From: Chloroflexota bacterium | Lineage (GTDB): Bacteria > Chloroflexota > Dehalococcoidia > E44-bin15 | Reading direction: 5' to 3' | Length of the DNA stretch: 64,000 nucleotides | Assembly: GCA_034189655.1 (NCBI GenBank) | Contig: JAXHUE010000001.1 | Span: 58,022-122,021 of the forward strand | Part shown: positions 50,446-59,075 of the stretch, piece after piece | Numbering within the stretch: position 1 is the stretch's first letter | Layout of the letters: each line of letters begins with the position of its first letter | Program-made: the position numbers and the translations under genes | The notes under the pieces: generated by a model | Databases searched by the model: none | What the model was told of the DNA's origin: nothing | What the model saw: only the letters and a program-made list of their open reading frames with translations

Positions 50446-51705
50446 TTAGCGCGGGCCCCTGTGCACCCGTACCACCCCGTCTGCGGCCAGCCGCTCGATA
50501 TCGCCCTCGCTGTAGCCCAGCCCTTCGAGTATCTCCGCGGTGTGCTGTCCCAGGAGCGGTGGGGGCAGCACGGCACTCCCCGGCGTCCGCTTCAGCTTCA
50601 CCGGTATCCCCAGCATGTCGAGGTGGCCCCGGGTGGGGTGCTCCATGCCGACGAGCATCTCGTTGGCCTCCACCTGGGGGTGGTCGAACAGCTCCCGGTA
50701 GGTGAGGCAGGGGTCGCAGCGCAGCCGGTGCTCCTTGAAGAGCCGCTGCCACTCGGCCCTGGTCTTCTTGCTGAAGGCCTCGTCGAGTATGGCGTAGAGC
50801 TCCTCGGCGTGGGCAAAGCGCGCCCCATCGGTGGCGAAGCGGGGGTCTTTCTCGATGTGCTCCACGCCGAGCACGCGGCAGAAGACGGGCCACGAAGGGC
50901 CCACCCCCATCATGGCGAGCACATCGCCGTCCTGGGCAGGGAAGGGACAGAACACCGGGCTGCCTCGCCCCGCCCTGGTGCGCTGCACCCCATCTGCCAG
51001 GTACGTCGACATCTCCGTGGTCTGCAGTGTCATCACGGTATCGAGCTGGCTCACCGAGAGCTCCTGCCCCACCCCCGTCCTCTCGCGGGTGAACAGTGCC
51101 AGCATGATGCCGTAGGCGGTGAGGATGGCGCCGCCGTGGTCGATGAAGAGGAAGGGAACCATGGAGGGCGGGCCGTCGGGGGTCCCCATCTGGCTGATCA
51201 CCCCACCCATGGCCTGCGACCACATGTCCCCGCCGACGCGGTGGGCCAGCGGCCCCCGCTCTCCGAAGCCGTACACCGAGCAGTAGATGATAGCGGGGTT
51301 GAGCCCCGATATGACGTCGTAGCCCAGGCCCAGGCGCTCGATCACGCCGGGGCGGAAGTTCTGCAAGAAGACGTCGCTGCCCGCGGCCAGCTTCAGCACA
51401 ATCTCCCGGCCCTGCTCCGCCCTGATATCGATGGCCAGGCTGCGCTTGCTGCGGTTGTGCCCCAGCCACATGCCGGCATCCAGGGGCTCCTCCCGCTCCA
51501 CGTCTTCCCTGTACAGGTCGTCCATGGCCGCGGGCCGGCCTTGCCTGATGGCCTCTCCCTGCACCCGCTCCACCTTGATGACGTCGGCCCCCATGTCACC
51601 CAGCATCATGGCGGTGAGCGGGCCCATCATGGCCTGGGTGAGGTCTAATACCTTTATCCCCTCCAGCGGCAGGGCAGCCCGTTGCTCTCTCTCCATGCAG
51701 TTCAA
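50446..51705 (-). CDS. CoA transferase family III (CaiB/BaiF family)
   Basis: 419 aa. KVLDLTQAMMGPLTAMMLGDMGADVIKVE N-terminus. Fifth CaiB paralog in the window. Confidence 0.9.
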   Translation of the reverse strand: MNCMEREQRAALPLEGIKVLDLTQAMMGPLTAMMLGDMGADVIKVERVQGEAIRQGRPAAMDDLYREDVEREEPLDAGMWLGHNRSKRSLAIDIRAEQGREIVLKLAAGSDVFLQNFRPGVIERLGLGYDVISGLNPAIIYCSVYGFGERGPLAHRVGGDMWSQAMGGVISQMGTPDGPPSMVPFLFIDHGGAILTAYGIMLALFTRERTGVGQELSVSQLDTVMTLQTTEMSTYLADGVQRTRAGRGSPVFCPFPAQDGDVLAMMGVGPSWPVFCRVLGVEHIEKDPRFATDGARFAHAEELYAILDEAFSKKTRAEWQRLFKEHRLRCDPCLTYRELFDHPQVEANEMLVGMEHPTRGHLDMLGIPVKLKRTPGSAVLPPPLLGQHTAEILEGLGYSEGDIERLAADGVVRVHRGPR

Positions 51706-51808
51706 CCCCCTACGCTCTCACGAGTGGGGAGGTATGCCCCGGCATACCGGGCACGGCCCCGGGGTGGCACGGACGTTGAGACCGGCGCCGCCGGGCCTCC
51801 CCCAGCGG

Positions 51809-53122
51809 CTACGGCCAGTAGAGCTTCTGGGCCTCCCTCTTGAGGTCCGCGCGAAAGTCGGGGTGTGCCACGGCCATCATCTCGGCTGCCCGCTGTCGCT
51901 GGCTCTTGCCGCGGAGGCAGGCGATGCCGTGCTCGGTGATGATATAGTCGGCGAGGCTCCTGGGGACGGTGATCGCCGTTCCCTGCTCCAGCATGGCCAC
52001 GATGCGGGAGATGGTGCCCTCCTTCGCCGTGGAGGGGAGCAGCGTGACGGCGCGGCCGCCGCGGGAGAATGCGGCGCCTATGGCGAAGCTCAGCTGGCCG
52101 CCGGTGCCCCCCAGCATGCGCGGGCCGATGGACTCTGCGGTTATCTGCCCGGTGAGGTCTATGGTGAGGGCATTGTTGATGGCCACCATGTTGTCGTGAG
52201 AGGCAATGGTGCGGACATCGTTGACATAGTTCACGCTGTGCAGCTCGAACATGGGGTTCATCTGCACCCACTCCAGGTCCTGTCGGCTGCCGCCCACGGC
52301 GGTGGCGACGGCCTTGCCCCTGTTTATGGTCTTGTACCTCCCGGTGAACACCCCCTCGCGTATGAGCTCCACTATCTTGCCCGGGGTGTGCTCAGAGTGC
52401 CACCCCAGGTCGACCTTGCCATCGAATATGCCCAGTTGCGGGAGCGGCTCGGTGGTGGTGCCCACGCCTATCTCTATGGTATCGCCGTCCCGTAATAGCG
52501 TGGCCAGGTAGCCGGCTATGGCCTTCACCTCCTCGCGGGGCCCCGAGACCGCCTTCCCCCTTAAGTCGGCGCGGCCGGGCAGCTTCTCCGACGGGGTGTG
52601 CTCCACGAAGTAGTCTATCTCCGATACGTGCACATGGTTGGTACCGTAGGTCCTGATCAAGCGGCTGTTGACCTCGGCGAGCACCAGCGTGGCGGCGGTG
52701 ACCTGCTCCTTCTTGTTCCACACCGACTGGCCGAAGCTGCAGAACCCGTGCTCGTCCGGGGGCGACACCTCCACCAGCACCACGTCGATGTCGATGTCGG
52801 TGGCCTCGAGCCCGGTGAGGCCGCCGACGGCCATGTCGCACCTGCGCTCGGCCATCATCTCCCACACTATGGGCATGCCAAAGCCTATGGTTATCTCGAA
52901 GGACTCCTCCCATCCGCGGTCGTACCAGCCGAAGTCCCTGTCAGGGGTGGGCACCAGGACGCGTACCCCCTTGACTTCCCCCACCCTCGCCGCCAGGGCC
53001 AGCCCCAGGGCCTGCGTCTGCCTGCCGGCGGTGAAAAAGACACGGTCGCCAGACTTGACATGGCCCACCGCCTCTTCCGCCGATACCAGCTTCTTTTTAT
53101 AGTCGTCCTGCCAGTCGGTCAT
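51809..53122 (-). CDS. acetyl-CoA hydrolase/transferase family protein (4-hydroxybutyrate/succinyl-CoA:acetate CoA-transferase-like)
   Basis: 437 aa with typical two-domain AcetylCoA_hydro architecture (N-terminus SAEEAVGHVKSGDRVFF, conserved catalytic Glu region). Confidence 0.85.
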   Translation of the reverse strand: MTDWQDDYKKKLVSAEEAVGHVKSGDRVFFTAGRQTQALGLALAARVGEVKGVRVLVPTPDRDFGWYDRGWEESFEITIGFGMPIVWEMMAERRCDMAVGGLTGLEATDIDIDVVLVEVSPPDEHGFCSFGQSVWNKKEQVTAATLVLAEVNSRLIRTYGTNHVHVSEIDYFVEHTPSEKLPGRADLRGKAVSGPREEVKAIAGYLATLLRDGDTIEIGVGTTTEPLPQLGIFDGKVDLGWHSEHTPGKIVELIREGVFTGRYKTINRGKAVATAVGGSRQDLEWVQMNPMFELHSVNYVNDVRTIASHDNMVAINNALTIDLTGQITAESIGPRMLGGTGGQLSFAIGAAFSRGGRAVTLLPSTAKEGTISRIVAMLEQGTAITVPRSLADYIITEHGIACLRGKSQRQRAAEMMAVAHPDFRADLKREAQKLYWP

Positions 53123-53231
53123 GGTATGTTATCCCCTTTCATGATAACAATATGTCATCGCAGAGATTCTATCACCTGCCATTTCCTCGGTCAAGGCGAG
53201 CCCACCTGGCCGAGACGGCGGGCACCACCCC

Positions 53232-54809
53232 TCACCACTGCCTCCCCGCGGCGAGCACCCGCCTCCTCTCCTCCTCCTCCACCACGTCCCTTATCACCCT
53301 GGTGACCTCCCTGGCGCTCCGTATGGGCCTGGGCCTCACCCTGGTTCCGCTCCACCCGCCGGCGCCCCAGGCCGGGGCGATGACGTATACCGCTGTCCTC
53401 CCCCCTGCTATCTCGTCGAGCTTTGTGTGGGCCGCCTCTTCGAACTCCCCGTCGGAGACGAAGAGCAGGACGGGGTTGTAGCGGGCCTGGGCGCAGAACA
53501 CCTCTGCGGCCTCCAGCGCCGGGACGGGGTTGGTGGCCCCACCGCAGGCGTAGTCGCGGAAGGCCCTCTCGTGGGGCGCCTTCACCACGTGGCTCTCGCC
53601 GTCGAAGGCCACCGCCATGACCTCGTGTCCCGCCTTCTCCGCCGCCCAGGCCAGGGCGCTCCCCGCCCTCTTGCTTATCCCCGCCGGGTCCGAGGCGGAC
53701 ATAGACCCCGACTTGTCCAGGACGAGGGCGATGGAGAGCCTGGCCTCGTCGAGGCGGTCCTCCTCGAACCGTTTAAAGATGCGCGGGTCCCCGCTCCACG
53801 AGTACCTCATGGCCCCACGGGCATCCACCCTGCCGCCGGGGAGCCCCCTCTGGTAGCAGCTTCCGGTGGATGACCTCGCCCTGCTGAACACGTGGTAGAG
53901 CTGCCGCAGCAGGACGGGGTCGGGGCGCACCTCGCCCTCCGCGAGGCCGCACGCGCTGTAGCGGCCATACTGCCTCCCCTCCGCCGCGGCACCCACTGCC
54001 TCCTCCAGGTCCCTCTCCAGCCCCTCCGCGCCTATGGCCCCCTCCAGGTCGTCGTAGACCCTGGCGTCATCGCCCAGAGTGGACTCCTCGGCGAGCCCGG
54101 CCTCCCTCACCATGTCAGGGCTCCCGTACTCGGCGTCGCCCTGCCCGAAGCCGGCGATGGCCTCCCTGGCCCTGGCCCCCAGGGCGCTATCGGTGCCCGC
54201 CACCGGGTCGCGGTAGCGCCCCAGGCCCGTGATGTCGCCGGAGAGCTGGCGGGCCGTCGCGCCCAGCGCCACCAGGGAGGCGAACTCCCGTGCCAGCGCC
54301 TCCCGCTCGGCGAGGGCCCGGGACCGGATGAACTCGTCCCAGATATCGAGCGCCCGCCCCGGCACGCTGGGCCGCCGCAGCCTCACCGGGAGCAGGTGTC
54401 TCCTCCCCCACAGCAGCACCGGGTCGTTGAGACCCATCTTCACCAGGTTGTTGACGAAGTACTTGCGCGTGCCCGGGAAGACGGCGCTCATCAGCCACTC
54501 GATGCGGGCGTCCTCCAGGACGTCGAAGGCCTCTCGCTCGGCCCCGCGCAGGGAGAAGGTGTTATCGGTGAACATGATGTGGCCCAGGGCGTGGTAGTTC
54601 AACCCCTTCCAGACGGCACACCTCTCCCGCAGAGAGAGCCCCTCGCTGTTGGGGAAGGCGGCGCTCACGTGGATGTCCCTGCCATCGGTGGTGACAGGGG
54701 CGTCGGTGCCGAAGTGGCCGATGGCCACCTCGGTGCTCTGACCGGAGAGCGCCCGGTTGATGATGCGGCACACCGACTGAAGCCGCTCGATGGCCGCACT
54801 CTCGCTCAC
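53232..54809 (-). CDS. VWA-domain protein, CbbO/NorD-like partner of AAA ATPase
   Basis: C-terminal VWA with MIDAS motif (LVLDKSGSMSASD, VSDGE). GTG start at 54809 overlaps the stop of the upstream AAA gene (GTGA). The Arg/Gly/His-rich upstream extension in the track ORF was rejected. Confidence 0.75.
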   Translation of the reverse strand: MSESAAIERLQSVCRIINRALSGQSTEVAIGHFGTDAPVTTDGRDIHVSAAFPNSEGLSLRERCAVWKGLNYHALGHIMFTDNTFSLRGAEREAFDVLEDARIEWLMSAVFPGTRKYFVNNLVKMGLNDPVLLWGRRHLLPVRLRRPSVPGRALDIWDEFIRSRALAEREALAREFASLVALGATARQLSGDITGLGRYRDPVAGTDSALGARAREAIAGFGQGDAEYGSPDMVREAGLAEESTLGDDARVYDDLEGAIGAEGLERDLEEAVGAAAEGRQYGRYSACGLAEGEVRPDPVLLRQLYHVFSRARSSTGSCYQRGLPGGRVDARGAMRYSWSGDPRIFKRFEEDRLDEARLSIALVLDKSGSMSASDPAGISKRAGSALAWAAEKAGHEVMAVAFDGESHVVKAPHERAFRDYACGGATNPVPALEAAEVFCAQARYNPVLLFVSDGEFEEAAHTKLDEIAGGRTAVYVIAPAWGAGGWSGTRVRPRPIRSAREVTRVIRDVVEEEERRRVLAAGRQW

Positions 54810-55627
54810 AGGCCTATCGCCTCCATGATGTCGGCCACGGCCTCCCTGCCCAGGCCCTCGAACTTCTGGATGAGGATGCCCTTCGCCACCTCGCTGCCGA
54901 AGAGCTCGGCGTTTCTCATATACTGTATGAGGCTGCGGACCGAGCACACGCCCTCAAGCTCACCGGCCCCCATCGCCTGGTCGACCCTCTCCTTGAACTC
55001 GACGAGCTGGGGCGGGAACATCACCTTGACCGCGGGGTTCTCCTCGTCGTAGTCCAGCACCACGTTGAAACGGTCGAACAGCGCCCGGTTCAGGGGCCTG
55101 GTGCCCTCGTACTCCGGGTTCATGGTGGCACAGAAGACGAAGTCGGGGTGGGCGTATACCACCTCGCCGTCCTTCTGGGTGAGGGTCATCCTCCTCTCGT
55201 GGTCGGTGATGGAGTGGAACACGAAGTTCATCCCCGGCTTGGCCCCGTTCAGCTCATCGGCGACGAACACCCCGCCGTGCCTCATGAAGTGGGTGAGGAC
55301 GCCGTCCTGCCAGGAGAAGCCCCCCTCCACCGAGGGCACCCAGGAGCCGAAGAGATCCTCAGGGCTTATGGCATCATAGAGCTGTACCCTCACGTAGGGG
55401 AGGCCCAGCCGATAGGCGACCAGGCGCAGGACGTGGGACTTGCCGCTGCCGGTCTCGCCGATGAGCAGGATGTTCATGCGCTGGCACATCGCCTCCTCGA
55501 TGATGTCGATGTCCAGCCTGCCCCCGATCAGCCGCGGGTAGTACCTGGGAGGCTCCTCCCTCACCAGGTAGGGAGACCCACAGTGGTCGGTGAAGGACCG
55601 GCACCGCGCCGGTTCACTGTCGCCCAT
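54806..55627 (-). CDS. AAA+ ATPase, CbbQ/NorQ/MoxR (AAA_5) type
   Basis: Walker A GETGSGKSH, Walker B FVADELN, sensor 1 ATMNP. About 273 aa, typical of CbbQ/NorQ. ATG at 55627 after GGGGAGGGA. Confidence 0.8.
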   Translation of the reverse strand: MGDSEPARCRSFTDHCGSPYLVREEPPRYYPRLIGGRLDIDIIEEAMCQRMNILLIGETGSGKSHVLRLVAYRLGLPYVRVQLYDAISPEDLFGSWVPSVEGGFSWQDGVLTHFMRHGGVFVADELNGAKPGMNFVFHSITDHERRMTLTQKDGEVVYAHPDFVFCATMNPEYEGTRPLNRALFDRFNVVLDYDEENPAVKVMFPPQLVEFKERVDQAMGAGELEGVCSVRSLIQYMRNAELFGSEVAKGILIQKFEGLGREAVADIMEAIGL

Positions 55628-55689
55628 TCGCTCCCTCCCCAGTCCCGGCCACTCTAAAGAACGGCCGAGGTCGCCTTGCCCGCGGGGCC

Positions 55690-57156
55690 TCACCCCTCGA
55701 GCGGTATCTCAACGATTATTGCTGTCCCCCTGCCCGGCCCCGAGCGTATATCGAGTGTGCCACGGAGCAACTGGGCGCGCTCCTGCATGCCGACGAGCCC
55801 CAGCTTTCCCGCGTTGGACAGCTCGCCCAGGTGCGCCGGGATGTTGAAGCCCCTGCCGTCGTCGCTCACCGTCATGCGTACCTCTGCCGGGCCCGATTCC
55901 AGCCGTATCACCACCCGCGATGCCTCAGCGTGTTTCTTTATGTTAAACAGGGCCTCCTGTGCGATGCGGAACAGGGTGAGCTGGGCCTCACGGGAGAGCT
56001 CTTGCTCCGGCATATCGAGCTGGACGTCGGCCTTGATGCCGTCCTCCATGACCAGGTTATCGGCGAGCCACTCCAGCGCCGCCGCCAGCCCCATGTCGTC
56101 TAAGATGGCGGGGCGCAGCTCCTGGGCGTAGCGGCGCAGGCTGCCCAGCGTCTCAACGGCCAGGGCGTGGAGCTGTGAGAGCCTCTGCCGCACCTGCTCA
56201 GACAGCCTTATCTTGGGGTCGGAGACGATGGCGTCCAGCCGGTGCGTGAGCACGAGGAGCGACTGGCCGGCGTCATCGTGGAGGTCGCAGGCGATGCGCT
56301 TGCGCTCCTCTTCCTGTGCCACCAGGACTTTCTGCAGGTAGAAGCGCATGCTGTCCCGCATCTTTCGCTCCTCGGTGACGTCCCTGGCGATGTTGTGGAA
56401 GGCGACGGGCTCTTCGCCGTCCTCGATGAGGCGCGTCGTGAGCTCCACGATGGCCTCGGTGCCATCCCTGCGCAGCACCCGCTGGTCGTAGCGCTCCTCC
56501 ACCGGCTCGGACTTCATGAGCTTGCCCTTCACCCGCCGCGCCAGCTCGTGGGCGTCCTGGGAGAGGAGCTGGGTCACGTTCATGCCCAAGAGCTCCTCCT
56601 CGGAGTAGCCGGTCATGTGGGCGGCGGCCCTGTTGGCAGCGGTGATGGTGCCCCTCAAGTCGTGCACCCAGATGGCATCGCTCGCGTCCTGGAACAGCTT
56701 GCGGTAGTTCTCCTCCGAGCGGCGCATCTGCCCCAGCGCCGCCTCCTGCGTGGCCCGGTCCCGGAGCAGCCGGCGCCACATCCACAGCAGCGAGAGCAAG
56801 AGCACCCCTATGAGCAGGGCGGTGAAGGTCTCAACGAGGACATCGACAGGGGTCTCGGAGATGACGGCAGCCCGCACCACCATGGAGGTCGTGGCCAGTG
56901 CCAGGACGATGGCCCCGGCCCTCACCCCGAATATCCAGCCGGCGTAGGCCACGAGCAGGATGTAGAGCAGGCGGTCCTCGGTGTGGCGCTCCATCCCGAA
57001 GACCACGCTGGTGGATATGTGGCCCAGCACCGGCACGTGCTGCACGAGCTCATGGAAGTGGCTGATAGTGATGACGGCAAACAGCACCACGATGGCCCAG
57101 AAGTGGGGGCTCACCACTATGCGCCGTACTCTCGCTATGCCAGGTGATATATCCAT
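55690..57156 (-). CDS. sensor histidine kinase (membrane, PAS, HisKA_3/NarX-DegS type)
   Basis: N-terminal TM helices, PAS domain, H-box ACDLHDDAGQSL (HisKA_3), HATPase_c (GRGFNI, GLVGMQER). Confidence 0.85.
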   Translation of the reverse strand: MDISPGIARVRRIVVSPHFWAIVVLFAVITISHFHELVQHVPVLGHISTSVVFGMERHTEDRLLYILLVAYAGWIFGVRAGAIVLALATTSMVVRAAVISETPVDVLVETFTALLIGVLLLSLLWMWRRLLRDRATQEAALGQMRRSEENYRKLFQDASDAIWVHDLRGTITAANRAAAHMTGYSEEELLGMNVTQLLSQDAHELARRVKGKLMKSEPVEERYDQRVLRRDGTEAIVELTTRLIEDGEEPVAFHNIARDVTEERKMRDSMRFYLQKVLVAQEEERKRIACDLHDDAGQSLLVLTHRLDAIVSDPKIRLSEQVRQRLSQLHALAVETLGSLRRYAQELRPAILDDMGLAAALEWLADNLVMEDGIKADVQLDMPEQELSREAQLTLFRIAQEALFNIKKHAEASRVVIRLESGPAEVRMTVSDDGRGFNIPAHLGELSNAGKLGLVGMQERAQLLRGTLDIRSGPGRGTAIIVEIPLEG

Positions 57157-57213
57157 GTGACCTATACCGGCCCCCGCTGGCCCAGGCAGCCGCGTCGAAG
57201 GGCCTGGTCGTTA

Positions 57214-57900
57214 CTAATCAGTGCCGGACACGTCCTCCAGGGTGAGCCACCCCTCCCTCACCCCCTTGACAATGGCCTCCGTGCGCGAGGCTACGTCCAT
57301 GCGGTTGAAGATATTGGACAGGTGAGCCTTCACCGTGCGGACGCTGAGGCAGAGGTTCTCGGCTATCTCCTTGTTGCTCATGCCCTTGGCGGCGAGCTTT
57401 AAGACGTCCACCTCCCGCTCGCTCAAGGTATGCGCCGGCCGCAGCTCACCGTCTGGGTCCTGTCCCTGCACGCGGTACTTCAGTATCTTGGCGATTATGC
57501 TGGGGTGGAGCACCGACTCCCCGACGTACACCGTGCGTACCGCCTCCACCAAGTCCTGTCCCCGGGCGCTCTTGAGCATATAGCCGGCGGCCCCGGCCTC
57601 CAGCAGGCCGATGACGTAGCGGTCGTCGTCGTAGGCAGTGAGGATGAGCACGGCCGTCTGGGGGCTCACCTTCTTAATCTGGCTGATGGCGTCGATGCCG
57701 CTCAGCCTGGGCATCACGATATCCATGATCACGATGTCGGGCTTGAGCTCCGCGCTCAGCTTGACCGCCTCCTCCCCGTTCGCCGCCTCACCCAGCACCG
57801 TCATATCGCTGTGTTTCTCGAACGCAGTGCGCATCGCCTCCCGCAGCAGGGGGTGGTCATCTACGATCAAGATGCCTATCTTCTTGCTCGAAGACTTCAA
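57214..57900 (-). CDS. response regulator, NarL/LuxR family
   Basis: REC domain (ILIVDDH, DIVIMDIVMP, ILTAYD) and LuxR-type HTH (LSEREVDVLKLAAKGMSNKEIAENLCLSVRTVKAH). Confidence 0.9.
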   Translation of the reverse strand: MKSSSKKIGILIVDDHPLLREAMRTAFEKHSDMTVLGEAANGEEAVKLSAELKPDIVIMDIVMPRLSGIDAISQIKKVSPQTAVLILTAYDDDRYVIGLLEAGAAGYMLKSARGQDLVEAVRTVYVGESVLHPSIIAKILKYRVQGQDPDGELRPAHTLSEREVDVLKLAAKGMSNKEIAENLCLSVRTVKAHLSNIFNRMDVASRTEAIVKGVREGWLTLEDVSGTD

Positions 57901-58170
57901 ATGCTCTCCTCGCCGGGCACAGGCGCCCCTCCCAGTCTCCCCGTCGATTGTACCTCATTAGTGCCTGTGGCGGCAACCAAAGCCCCCGTCCACACCGTAA
58001 AACACCGGTACAGGCACCCGCCAAAGTATACCTCTCGCAGTGCGGAAGGACACACCGCCCACGCCCCCGCGGCCCAGCGCTGGCCGCCCACTAGTACCTA
58101 GGTACAATGGTGAAGTGCCCTATCGGCCATGGCAAAAATAGGGCCAAGGTTCAATGTATTATACATAACA

Positions 58171-58188
58171 TTGTGATACCATTCACAC
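58171..58188. promoter_or_regulatory. TTGTGAt-ACCA-TTCACAc palindrome (perfect TGTGA-N6-TCACA core), candidate Rex/CRP-family operator
   Basis: Seen directly in an unusually AT-rich stretch 30-45 nt upstream of the first ORF of the NuoE/NuoF/FdhA operon. 12/14 match to the Rex consensus TTGTGAA-N4-TTCACAA. Confidence 0.5.
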
Positions 58189-58201
58189 GGAGACACAGAA
58201 A

Positions 58202-58522
58202 ATGAGGGGGAAAAGGATGGGTTCGTTGACCAACACCAGCGCGAGAGACCCGGCACACACAACAGGGCCGGCCATTGTCCAGGCCCCCCAGGGAAAGGAG
58301 GCAGTGCTCGAGGTGCTGAAAAGGGCTGCAGAGGAGAACGAGTTCATGGCCCGGCTGGCCGATGACCCCAATGAGGCCCTCCACGAGTACTACACGCTCA
58401 CCATGGAGGAGAAGGCCGCCCTCGCCAGCGGCGACATCAAGAAGATCGAGAGCTGGGTGGGCAAGCTCGACAGGCAGCTCGCAACCTGGCTCTGGCACCG
58501 CTTAAGCCAGGAAAAGTGGTAA
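58202..58522 (+). CDS. small protein of unknown function sharing a conserved ~50-aa module with the FdhA C-terminal extension
   Basis: ORF with RBS (GGAGA, or GAGGGGG for the alternative ATG at 58217). Its C-terminal two thirds align at about 55% identity with FdhA residues encoded at 63830..64000 (shared ...EEKAALASGDI[KR][KR]IESW.G...). Confidence 0.6.
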   Translation: MRGKRMGSLTNTSARDPAHTTGPAIVQAPQGKEAVLEVLKRAAEENEFMARLADDPNEALHEYYTLTMEEKAALASGDIKKIESWVGKLDRQLATWLWHRLSQEKW

Positions 58523-58538
58523 AGAGGAGTATATCGAC

Positions 58539-59075
58539 ATGGCAGATACCCGTGTAGCGCCGGATTTACGTGTGCCTTCATCACCACACGATGCCGCGAT
58601 GGAGCAGCAGGTAGACCTTATCCTCTCCTCTTTCCACGGCAGCGAGAGCGAGCTCATCCCCATACTCCAGCACGTCCAGCAGGCCTTCGGCTACGTGCCT
58701 GAGCTGGCGATCAAGCGCATAGCCAGGTTCCTCCACATCCCAGAGGTCACCATCTTCGGGGTGGTGACGTTCTACGCCCAGTTCAAGCTCACCCCCTCGG
58801 GGAGGCGGACCGTCAAGGTGTGCCGCGGCACCGCCTGCCACGTGCGCGGCGGCAAGAGGATCCTGGAAGAGTTCGAGAAGTGCCTGGGCATCAAGCCCGG
58901 CGAGTCGACCCCCGACCTGGAATACGGCCTTGAGACCGTGGCCTGCATCGGGGCCTGCGCCCTGTCGCCGGCCATCGTGCTCGACGACAAGGTGCACGCC
59001 CGGATGACCCCGCAGAAGGTAAACGACATCCTGGGCACGGGCAACGGTTCCGACACCACATCGGCCAGATCATGA
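58539..59075 (+). CDS. NuoE-like [2Fe-2S] thioredoxin-fold subunit (NADH dehydrogenase 24 kDa / HoxE / FdhC-like)
   Basis: Conserved Cys ligands (CRGTAC...C...CIGAC) and the SILPILQHVQ-type motif (LIPILQHVQQAFGYVP). Confidence 0.85.
   Translation: MADTRVAPDLRVPSSPHDAAMEQQVDLILSSFHGSESELIPILQHVQQAFGYVPELAIKRIARFLHIPEVTIFGVVTFYAQFKLTPSGRRTVKVCRGTACHVRGGKRILEEFEKCLGIKPGESTPDLEYGLETVACIGACALSPAIVLDDKVHARMTPQKVNDILGTGNGSDTTSARS

Noticed and set aside
53232-54947. Upstream N-terminal extension of the VWA protein in the ORF track (MLGPQPHTVYEKRRALRQRGGEG...)
   Set aside because: The extension overlaps the 3' end of the AAA gene in another frame and is RG-rich. A GTG start at 54809 overlapping the AAA stop (GTGA) gives the expected coupled arrangement.
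58150-58170. AT-rich TTCAAT...TATTATAC considered as -35/-10 hexamers for the FDH operon
   Set aside because: Spacing and hexamer quality are not convincing enough to call a specific promoter. Only the palindrome is reported.
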